Below, in pieces: positions 56,316-64,000 of a stretch of DNA of 64,000 nucleotides. This DNA is from an uncultured Clostridia bacterium (GTDB taxonomy: Bacteria > Bacillota > Clostridia > TANB77 > CAG-508), in NCBI GenBank assembly GCA_934162255.1, contig CAKPIG010000002.1:85938-149937 (forward strand), given 5' to 3'. The notes below the pieces were generated by a model that did no database searches, was not told the DNA's origin, and saw only the letters and a list, made by a program, of their open reading frames with translations. The translations under genes were made by a program, and so were the position numbers. Each line of letters begins with the position of its first letter. Position 1 is the first letter of the stretch.

Positions 56316-57017
56316 ATGTCATATATAGAATTCAAGAATGTATATAAAAAATATCAAATGGGAGAAGTAACAATAAATGCACTAGAAAATACTAATTTTA
56401 ACATTGATAAAGGAGAACTTGTAGTAATAGTAGGACCATCAGGGGCTGGAAAAACTACGACTTTAAATATATTAGGTGGAATGGATGCAGCAACATCAGG
56501 AGAAGTTATAGTTGATGGAAAAAATGTAACAAATCTAAAAAATAAAGCTCTTATAAAATATAGAAGAGAGGATATTGGGTTTGTATTTCAATTTTATAAT
56601 TTAGTACAAAACCTAACGGCAAAAGAAAATGTAGAACTTGCAATACAAATATGTAATAATGCATTAAATCCAGTAGAAGTGTTAGAAAAAGTAGGATTAA
56701 AAGATAGAATGGATAATTTTCCATCTCAATTGTCAGGAGGAGAACAACAAAGAGTTGCAATAGCAAGAGCTATAGCTAAAAATCCTAAACTATTGTTATG
56801 TGATGAACCAACAGGAGCGTTAGACTATAAAACAGGAAAACAAATTTTAAAATTATTACAAGATACTGCAAGAAAAGAGAAAATGACAGTATTAATAATT
56901 ACTCATAACACTGCAATTGCACCAATGGCAGATAAAGTAATTCATTTTAAAAATGGAACAGCTGAAAGTATAGAAATAAACAATAATCCTATGTCAATAG
57001 ATGACATAGAATGGTAA
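56316..57017 (+). CDS. ABC transporter ATP-binding protein (MacB/LolD-like)
   Basis: 233 aa. Walker [10 protein letters not shown], signature [14 protein letters not shown] and Walker [13 protein letters not shown]. Confidence 0.93.
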   Translation: MSYIEFKNVYKKYQMGEVTINALENTNFNIDKGELVVIVGPSGAGKTTTLNILGGMDAATSGEVIVDGKNVTNLKNKALIKYRREDIGFVFQFYNLVQNLTAKENVELAIQICNNALNPVEVLEKVGLKDRMDNFPSQLSGGEQQRVAIARAIAKNPKLLLCDEPTGALDYKTGKQILKLLQDTARKEKMTVLIITHNTAIAPMADKVIHFKNGTAESIEINNNPMSIDDIEW

Positions 57018-57029
57018 AAGGGGTAGTAT

Positions 57030-59852
57030 ATGAAAAAGTCATTAATGAAAAATAATATAAAAACAATAAGTAAAACAAGAAGACGTTTCATATCAATCTT
57101 GGTAATGGCATTTTTAGGAGTAGGCTTTTATTCTGGGTTAGTATCAAGTAGTCCTGATATGCTAGACAGTCTAGACAAATATGTAGATAAAAACAATATG
57201 TATGATATTAATATAATATCAACATTAGGATTAAAAAATGATGATATAGAGGTATTACAAAAAATAGATGGAGTAGAAGGAGTTTTTGGAATACACTCAA
57301 AAGATACCTTTGTTGAATTTAATGAAAAGGAAAATATTTGTAAAGTTATAGAATATAGTGATAAAATAAATACTCCAGAAATAATTGCAGGAAGAGACAT
57401 CGAAAATGATAATGAATGTCTGTTAGATGCAAGATACTCTTATGCTGAAAGTACTGAAAATTATATAGGCAAAAAAATAATTATTAAAGATGATACAGAT
57501 GAATTTTCACAAAAAGAGTTAGAAGTAGTTGGAATAGTAGAATCTCCAATATATATATCAACAGAAAGAGGAAGTACAACATTAGGAAATGGAAGCATTA
57601 ATTTTTATATATATTCAGGAAATATAATAAATCAAGATTATTATTCTGAAATAGGTGTAAAAGTAGCAAATGCAGAAAAAGAGGTTACTAATAGTGATAA
57701 ATATCTAGAACTAGTAGAATCAGTTAAAACTAAAATTGAAGGAATAAAAGAAGAAAGACAACAAGCAAGATATGATGAATTAGTAAATGAAGCAAATTCA
57801 AAAATTGATGATGCACAAAAAGAATATGATGACAAAAAGGCTGAAGCTGACAGAGAATTGCAAGACGCAGAAAACAAAATAAATAAAGCTAAAGCAGATA
57901 TAAGAAATAGTGAAGAAAAATTAGATAATTCAGAAAAAGAGTTAGACAATCAGGAAAAAGTGCTTGAGGCAAATAGTCAAATACCAAATATTCAAGCAAT
58001 GAAACAACAAATTACAAATGCGAGAAAAGAAATAGAAGATGGAAGAAAAAAGATTCAAACAGCAAAACAAGAATTATCTAAAAATGAGCAAGAATTTAAT
58101 ACTAAAAAAGCAGAAGCACAACAGAAATTAGATGAAGCACAACAAGAAATAGATGATGCTAGAAAAGAAGTTGAAAAAATAGAAAAAGCAAAATGGTACA
58201 TACAAGATAGATTAGATAATGTTGGATATACAAATATATTTGATGCAATAAAGACAATGGAAAATATATCAAAAATGTTCCCAGTAATATTTTATTTAGT
58301 AGCTGTATTGATAAGTTTAACATCAATGACAAGAATGATAGAAGAAGAAAGAGGAGAAATAGGAACATTAAAAGCATTAGGATATAATAATCTTCAAATA
58401 ATATCAAAATATATATTATATGCATTTCTAGCTTGTGTAATAGGTGGAATATTAGGAATGTCCCTTTGCTTCTATTTATTACCTAGTATAGTATGGACAT
58501 TATATTCAATGATTTATAAAATTCCAAAGTTTTATATGACTTATAGGTTAGGAATAGGAGTTGCAGGAATTTTAATAGCATTTATTTGTATAGGAGGGGC
58601 AACAATATTTGTAGCATTTAAGGAATTAAAACAAACACCATCTGTTTTAATGAGACCTAAGCCACCTAAAAATGGAAAAAGAATTTTTATGGAAAGAATA
58701 ACTTTCATATGGAAAAGATTAAACTTTTCAAAAAAAGTTACAATAAGAAATATTTTTAGATACAAAAAAAGAGCGATAATAACGATAATAGGAATTGCAG
58801 GATGTACAGGACTTATGCTTGCGGGCTTTGGAATAAGAGATTCTGTTGTAGACATACCTAATTTACAATTCAAAGAAAATTTTAAATATGAAATATCAAT
58901 AGCTCTAAGTAAATCTGATAATATAAAACAAATTGAAGAATATTTAAATTCTCAAGAAAAGATAGAAAACTATGAAGAATTTACGGCTTCTAGTAGTAAG
59001 GCAATACATGAAAAGAAAACATTTGATATAAATATTTTTGTACCAAATGATAAAGAATCTATAAGCAATATAGTCAATTTAAAAGATTATGAAACAGGAG
59101 AAAAACTTGAAATAACAGATGATGGTGTAATAATAACAGATAAAGTTGCAATAACTTTTGGACTAAAAGTAGGAGATACAATTACAATAATAGATGGAGA
59201 TGATGTTGAACATACATTATTGATTAGTGGAATAACAAAAAATTATGTAGGACATTACATGTATATGTCAAAAGAGTTTTTTGAGAAAAACTTAGATAAA
59301 TATGATACAAATATGATTTTAATTAATTCAAAAGATATGACAGATGATGAACAAAATCAAATATCTGAACAAATATTAAATATTGATGGTGTTGCTTCAG
59401 TAACAAATATGTCTAGCATGATAAAATCTGTAAGTGATATGTTAAACACAATGAATTATGTTGTAGTTGTGTTAATTGTTACATCTGCGATGTTAGCATT
59501 TGTAGTACTATACAATTTAGCAAATATCAATATTGGAGAAAGACAAAGAGAAATTGCAACATTAAAAGTTTTGGGATTTTATGATAAAGAGGTTGATAAT
59601 TATATAAACAAAGAAAATATAATATTTACGATTTTAGGAGTTGGATTAGGATTATTATTTGGAGTAGGACTAACAAATGGAATTATAGCAAGTATAGAAA
59701 TAGATACATTAAGATTTAGTAAAAATATACTGCCAACAAGCTATATATGGGCAGCTGTTATAACAATAACGTTTTCTATTATAGTAAATAATATAATACA
59801 TTTTATTTTAAAGAAAATAGATATGATAGAAAGTTTAAAAAGTGTAGAATAA
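57030..59852 (+). CDS. FtsX-family ABC transporter permease (double FtsX domain, long extracytoplasmic coiled-coil)
   Basis: 940 aa. An N-terminal TM is followed by a large external domain with a ~170-aa heptad-rich segment (residues ~230-400), then two 4-TM FtsX modules (G.LKALG, LKVLGF motifs). Confidence 0.88.
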   Translation: MKKSLMKNNIKTISKTRRRFISILVMAFLGVGFYSGLVSSSPDMLDSLDKYVDKNNMYDINIISTLGLKNDDIEVLQKIDGVEGVFGIHSKDTFVEFNEKENICKVIEYSDKINTPEIIAGRDIENDNECLLDARYSYAESTENYIGKKIIIKDDTDEFSQKELEVVGIVESPIYISTERGSTTLGNGSINFYIYSGNIINQDYYSEIGVKVANAEKEVTNSDKYLELVESVKTKIEGIKEERQQARYDELVNEANSKIDDAQKEYDDKKAEADRELQDAENKINKAKADIRNSEEKLDNSEKELDNQEKVLEANSQIPNIQAMKQQITNARKEIEDGRKKIQTAKQELSKNEQEFNTKKAEAQQKLDEAQQEIDDARKEVEKIEKAKWYIQDRLDNVGYTNIFDAIKTMENISKMFPVIFYLVAVLISLTSMTRMIEEERGEIGTLKALGYNNLQIISKYILYAFLACVIGGILGMSLCFYLLPSIVWTLYSMIYKIPKFYMTYRLGIGVAGILIAFICIGGATIFVAFKELKQTPSVLMRPKPPKNGKRIFMERITFIWKRLNFSKKVTIRNIFRYKKRAIITIIGIAGCTGLMLAGFGIRDSVVDIPNLQFKENFKYEISIALSKSDNIKQIEEYLNSQEKIENYEEFTASSSKAIHEKKTFDINIFVPNDKESISNIVNLKDYETGEKLEITDDGVIITDKVAITFGLKVGDTITIIDGDDVEHTLLISGITKNYVGHYMYMSKEFFEKNLDKYDTNMILINSKDMTDDEQNQISEQILNIDGVASVTNMSSMIKSVSDMLNTMNYVVVVLIVTSAMLAFVVLYNLANINIGERQREIATLKVLGFYDKEVDNYINKENIIFTILGVGLGLLFGVGLTNGIIASIEIDTLRFSKNILPTSYIWAAVITITFSIIVNNIIHFILKKIDMIESLKSVE

Positions 59853-59896
59853 AACATTGCCAAAATGAATAATATGTTATATAATAGCTCAAAATC

Positions 59897-59920
59897 CTGA
59901 GAATATAATTATATTCTCAG
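59897..59920 (+). terminator. hairpin terminator after the ABC permease
   Basis: 11-bp stem ctgagaatata-at-tatattctcag. Confidence 0.55.
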
Positions 59921-59948
59921 TTGCCTTTATTTGAAAAGAGGTAGTATT

Positions 59949-61196
59949 ATGAAAAAATTTTTACAAAATTACAAATCAACAATTATTCTTTTAGTTGCTA
60001 TAATTGTTGGTGCAATTGCGGGATTAATTTTCCAGGAAAAAGCAACTATCGTAAGTCCTTTAGGAGATTTATTTTTAAATCTTTTACTAGTTATTATAGT
60101 TCCACTCGTATTTTTAACAATAACAACTTCAATATCTAAAATGAAATCACCAAAAAGATTGGGCAAAATCATATTTACAATAATAGCTGTTTTTATAATA
60201 ACATCAGTAATAGCTGTGTTTATAGGCTTTTTAAGTACATATTTTATTAAATTAGTCAATCCATCTGATGGAGAACAAATAAAAACATCACTTTCAGATG
60301 AAACAGAAGAAGTTGAAGAAGATGAAATGACGATATTAGAAAGAACAGTAAATTTAATATCTGTAAATGATTTTCAAAAAATAATATCAAAAGATAATAT
60401 AATCGCTCTATTAGTATTTTCTGTACTAGTTGGTCTAGCAATAAATATGACAGGAGAAAAAGCCAAACCAGTTATTGAATTTCTAGAAGCGGCAAATGAA
60501 GTTGTAAATAATCTAGTAAAGATTATAATGTATTACGCTCCGATAGGATTAGGATGCTACTTTGCAGCATTAGTTGGAAACTTTGGAGAAATGATAGTAG
60601 TAGGATATTTAAAGACTTTTGTAATATATACATTAGTAGCAATAGGTTTTTACATAATAATGTATAGTATATATGCACTAATTGGTGGAGGAAAAAAAGG
60701 ATTACAACTATTTTGGAAAAATGTTTTACCTTCAACAGCAACGGCATTAGGAACATGTTCAAGTGCAGCATCTATACCAATAAATATAGAATGTAGCAAA
60801 AAAATAGGAGTACCTGATGATATTGCAGAAACAACAATACCACTTGGAACAAGCTTTCACAAAGATGGTTCAATCATTGGATCAGTATTTAAAATAATGT
60901 TTCTTGTATGTTTATTTGGAACAAGTATAGGAACAGTAGGAGGAGCACTTCAAATAATAGGAATTGCTCTAGTTGCGACATTATTAATAGCAGGAGTTCC
61001 AATTGGTGGTGGAACAATTTCAGAAATGTTAATAATATCAATGTTAGGATATCCTGTAGCAGCACTCCCAATACTTACGATTATAGCAACAATTATAGAT
61101 GCTCCAGCTACAATGCTTAATGTAGTAGGAGATATGGCATCATCAATGATGGTAGCAAGGATTGTTGATGGAAAAGAATGGATAAACAAAAAATAA
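59949..61196 (+). CDS. dicarboxylate/amino acid:cation symporter (DAACS family)
   Basis: Start at the ATG at 59949 (RBS aagagg). Polytopic, with TASSAA-like (LGTCSSAASIPI), IPLG.S...DG and DM..T..NV.GD-type motifs typical of the GltP/SstT family. Confidence 0.88.
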   Translation: MKKFLQNYKSTIILLVAIIVGAIAGLIFQEKATIVSPLGDLFLNLLLVIIVPLVFLTITTSISKMKSPKRLGKIIFTIIAVFIITSVIAVFIGFLSTYFIKLVNPSDGEQIKTSLSDETEEVEEDEMTILERTVNLISVNDFQKIISKDNIIALLVFSVLVGLAINMTGEKAKPVIEFLEAANEVVNNLVKIIMYYAPIGLGCYFAALVGNFGEMIVVGYLKTFVIYTLVAIGFYIIMYSIYALIGGGKKGLQLFWKNVLPSTATALGTCSSAASIPINIECSKKIGVPDDIAETTIPLGTSFHKDGSIIGSVFKIMFLVCLFGTSIGTVGGALQIIGIALVATLLIAGVPIGGGTISEMLIISMLGYPVAALPILTIIATIIDAPATMLNVVGDMASSMMVARIVDGKEWINKK

Positions 61197-61220
61197 TAAA
61201 TAATATATAAAGGACTTAGA

Positions 61221-61247
61221 GTAGCTAGAAAACTAGCTACTTTTTTT
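61221..61247 (+). terminator. intrinsic terminator after the symporter gene
   Basis: Hairpin gtagctag-aaaa-ctagctac followed by T7. Confidence 0.8.
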
Positions 61248-61320
61248 GGAAAAATATTGTCTAAATTTGTTTGTTCTGATATAATGCAATCAGAATATAA
61301 ATTAGTGGGAGGGCTAAAAA

Positions 61321-61797
61321 ATGGCATGTGAAAAACGAGATGAATTTCTAGAAAAAATAAAAGAAGAATATAAACCGATAAAAGATAATCTAATTCAAAT
61401 ATTAAATGAGGTACAGGAACATTATGGTTATATACCAATGTATGTACAAGAATTTTTATCAGAATTTTTGAGAATTCCAATGGCAGAAATTTATGGAGTA
61501 ATAACATTTTATTCAAGATTTACTTTAAAACCAAAGGGAAAATATAATATATCTGTATGTCTTGGAACAGCATGCTTTGTAAAAGGTTCACAAAAAATAA
61601 TGGATAGATTATTAGAAAGGTTAAAAATAAAACCAGGAGAAACGACTCCAGATGGTAAATTTTCAATAGAAGAAACAAGATGTGTAGGTGCTTGTGGATT
61701 AGCACCAGTATTTACAGTAAATGGTGAAGTATATGGAAAAGCAACAGTACAAAAACTTGATGAAGTATTAGATGAATTAAGAGCAAAGGAGGATTAA
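61321..61797 (+). CDS. NuoE-like [2Fe-2S] subunit of a NADH-dependent [FeFe] hydrogenase (HydC/HndA type)
   Basis: 158 aa. Thioredoxin-like [2Fe-2S] pattern C.G.AC....(~35 aa)....C.GAC..AP. First of three hydrogenase genes. Confidence 0.88.
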   Translation: MACEKRDEFLEKIKEEYKPIKDNLIQILNEVQEHYGYIPMYVQEFLSEFLRIPMAEIYGVITFYSRFTLKPKGKYNISVCLGTACFVKGSQKIMDRLLERLKIKPGETTPDGKFSIEETRCVGACGLAPVFTVNGEVYGKATVQKLDEVLDELRAKED

Positions 61798-61799
61798 TT

Positions 61800-63575
61800 A
61801 TGGAAAAACACATTTTAGTATGTCATGGAACTGGATGTACATCTTCAAAATCTCCACAAATATTAGAAAACTTCAATAAAATACTAAAAGAAAAAAATAT
61901 TCCAGATGTTAGAGTAATAATGACAGGATGTTTTGGGTTATGTGCAAAAGGACCAATAGTAATAATAAGACCAGATGAAACTTTTTATTCAAATGTGTCT
62001 CCAAACGATTGTGAAGAAATTGTACAAAAACATATAATAGAAGGCAAAAAAGTAGAAAGATTATTATGCAAAGATATAGACGGAAAAATTGTTAATAGTC
62101 TAGATGAACTGAATTTTTATAAAAAACAAAAAAGAATAGTATTAAAAAATTGTGGAATGATTAATCCCGAAGATATAGAAGAATACATAGCTGTTGATGG
62201 ATATAAGGCATTAGAAAAAGTACTAAAAGAAATGACTCAAGAAGAAGTAATAGATATAATAAAAAAGTCAGGTCTAAGAGGTAGAGGCGGAGCAGGATTC
62301 CCAACAGGTAAGAAATGGGAACTAACCAAAAGTTATAAATCAGAACAAAAATATGTTGTATGTAATGCTGATGAAGGAGATCCAGGAGCGTTTATGGATA
62401 GAAGCATATTAGAAGGAGATCCGCATTCTGTATTAGAAGCAATGATAATTGCAGGATATGCAATAGGTGCAAATAAAGGATACATATATGTAAGAGCAGA
62501 ATATCCAATTGCAGTCAAAAGATTTCAAAAGGCAATAGAACAAGCAAAAGAACATGGATTGCTTGGAGAAAATATATTTGGTACTAATTTTGAATTTGAT
62601 GTTGAAATAAGATTAGGTGCAGGAGCATTTGTATGTGGAGAAGAAACAGCACTACTTGAATCAATAGAAGGAAAAAGAGGCCAACCAAGAGTAAAACCAC
62701 CATATCCTGCAGAATCAGGCTTATGGGGAAAGCCAACTTTAATAAATAATGTTGAAACATTTGCAAATGTAACAAGAATAATTTTAAATGGAGTTGAATG
62801 GTTTACATCAATAGGAACTGAAAATTCAAAAGGAACAAAAGTATTTGCATTAGGAGGAAATGTTAATAATGTAGGACTTGTTGAAGTACCAATGGGAACT
62901 ACATTAAGAGAAATTGTATTCGATATAGGTGGAGGAATTCCAAAAGGAAGAAAATTTAAAGCGGCTCAAACAGGAGGTCCATCAGGAGGATGTATACCTG
63001 CAGAACATCTTGATACACCAATTGATTATGAATCACTAAAAGAAATTGGTTCAATGATGGGCTCAGGAGGACTAATAGTAATGGATGATACAAAATGCAT
63101 GGTTTGCCTAGCAAAATTTTATTTAGAATTTACTGTTAGTGAGAGCTGCGGAAAATGTACACCTTGTAGAATAGGTACCAAAAGAATGCTTGAACTACTT
63201 GAAAAATTATGCTCAGGAGAGGGTGATGAATATGATATTTATAAACTAGAAAGATTAGCTGTAAATATCCAAAAGGCAAGTATTTGCGGACTTGGACAAA
63301 GTGCACCAAACCCTGTAATAAGTACATTAAAATATTTTAGAGAAGAATTTAGACAACATGCAATAGAAAAAGAATGTAGAACATTAGAATGTAAAGCACT
63401 TTCAAAAATAATGATAGATCCAGAAAAATGCAAAGGATGTGGATTATGCCAAAAACATTGTCCTGTTAAAGCAATAAGTGGAGAAAGAAGAGAAAAGAGA
63501 GTAATAAATCAAGATAAATGTATTAAATGTGGAACATGTTTAACTAATTGCCCATTTCATGCAATAGGAAATTAG
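61800..63575 (+). CDS. NuoF-like flavoprotein subunit (HydB/HndC type) with N-terminal [2Fe-2S] and C-terminal 2x[4Fe-4S] ferredoxin domains
   Basis: 591 aa. GLRGRGGAGFPTG.KW (FMN/NADH site), ESCGKCTPCR ([4Fe-4S]), and C-terminal CKGCGLC..HCP and CIKCGTC...CP clusters. Confidence 0.92.
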   Translation: MEKHILVCHGTGCTSSKSPQILENFNKILKEKNIPDVRVIMTGCFGLCAKGPIVIIRPDETFYSNVSPNDCEEIVQKHIIEGKKVERLLCKDIDGKIVNSLDELNFYKKQKRIVLKNCGMINPEDIEEYIAVDGYKALEKVLKEMTQEEVIDIIKKSGLRGRGGAGFPTGKKWELTKSYKSEQKYVVCNADEGDPGAFMDRSILEGDPHSVLEAMIIAGYAIGANKGYIYVRAEYPIAVKRFQKAIEQAKEHGLLGENIFGTNFEFDVEIRLGAGAFVCGEETALLESIEGKRGQPRVKPPYPAESGLWGKPTLINNVETFANVTRIILNGVEWFTSIGTENSKGTKVFALGGNVNNVGLVEVPMGTTLREIVFDIGGGIPKGRKFKAAQTGGPSGGCIPAEHLDTPIDYESLKEIGSMMGSGGLIVMDDTKCMVCLAKFYLEFTVSESCGKCTPCRIGTKRMLELLEKLCSGEGDEYDIYKLERLAVNIQKASICGLGQSAPNPVISTLKYFREEFRQHAIEKECRTLECKALSKIMIDPEKCKGCGLCQKHCPVKAISGERREKRVINQDKCIKCGTCLTNCPFHAIGN

Positions 63576-63591
63576 AAAAAGGAGTGATAAA

Positions 63592-64000
63592 ATGGTTTCA
63601 TTAACAATAGATAATCAAAAAATTCAAGTAAAAGAAGGAACGACAATATTAGAGGCTGCAAAACAAGCGGGAATAGACATACCTACACTATGTTTTCTAA
63701 AAGATATAAATGAAGTTGGAGATTGTAGAATGTGCATAGTAGAAGTCGAAGGAAGAAAAGGTTTTGCTACATCATGTATACAAAAAGTTGAAGAAGGAAT
63801 GATAGTTCACACGCATACACCCAATGTGTTAGAAGCAAGACATGTTATATTAGACTTAATAATATCAAACCATGCAAAAGACTGCCTTACATGTACTCGT
63901 TCAGGCAATTGCGAATTGCAAACACTTGCAGTTAAATTTAATGTTTTAAATGTAGAATTTCCAGGAGAAATGGCAAAACATAAAATTGATGATTTATCAC
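63592..64000 (+). CDS. [FeFe] hydrogenase catalytic subunit HydA, N-terminal part (3' end outside the window)
   Basis: Not in the ORF track because it runs off the window. The ATG at 63592 follows aaaaggag. It translates to MVSLTIDNQKIQVKEGTTILEAAKQAGIDIPTLCFLKDINEVGDCRMCIVEVEG..., the NuoG/HydA-type [2Fe-2S] N-domain, then HAKDCLTCTRSGNCELQ. Confidence 0.85.
   Translation, partial: MVSLTIDNQKIQVKEGTTILEAAKQAGIDIPTLCFLKDINEVGDCRMCIVEVEGRKGFATSCIQKVEEGMIVHTHTPNVLEARHVILDLIISNHAKDCLTCTRSGNCELQTLAVKFNVLNVEFPGEMAKHKIDDLS

Overview
Very AT-rich (by eye under 30% G+C) chromosomal segment from an endospore-forming, Clostridia-like Firmicute. Most of the window is housekeeping and sporulation backbone, mostly on the + strand: rpsI/rplM, hup, scpB, proS, an asp23 cluster, nusB, xseA/xseB, fhs, gpr, a GH57 glucan branching enzyme, infC-rpmI-rplT, spoVAC/AD/AE, rnj, gltX, engB, serS, yaaL/bofA, a U32 peptidase, a MacB-type ABC exporter and the start of a trimeric HydABC-type [FeFe] hydrogenase. 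Five things stand out. (1) A complete type IV pilus locus (22.8-32.7 kb) has three tandem pilin paralogs, and every pilin-like N-terminus lacks the canonical Glu+5. (2) A separate 571-aa pilin-like adhesin gene ends in an abruptly GC-rich, adenine-depleted 141 nt that looks like a diversity-generating retroelement (DGR) variable region on an FGE/C-type-lectin-like domain; no template repeat or reverse transcriptase is in the window. (3) A tRNA-Tyr(GTA) gene is interrupted in its anticodon by a 214-nt group I intron. (4) A free-standing PD-(D/E)XK endonuclease gene resembling intron-type homing enzymes lies about 220 bp downstream of that tRNA. (5) A 5.1-kb island sits in the 3' end of tRNA-Thr(CGT), bounded by a perfect 45-bp direct repeat. 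It has no recognisable integrase but carries a consensus promoter and a four-gene operon: Pol-beta-type nucleotidyltransferase, alkaline-phosphatase/PglZ-like enzyme, group II PLP decarboxylase-like enzyme and P-loop kinase-like protein. I cannot assign that operon to any known pathway or defence system. Items 2 and 5 are my best candidates for something undescribed. All calls rest on reading the sequence and translations and on remembered family motifs; no searches were run.
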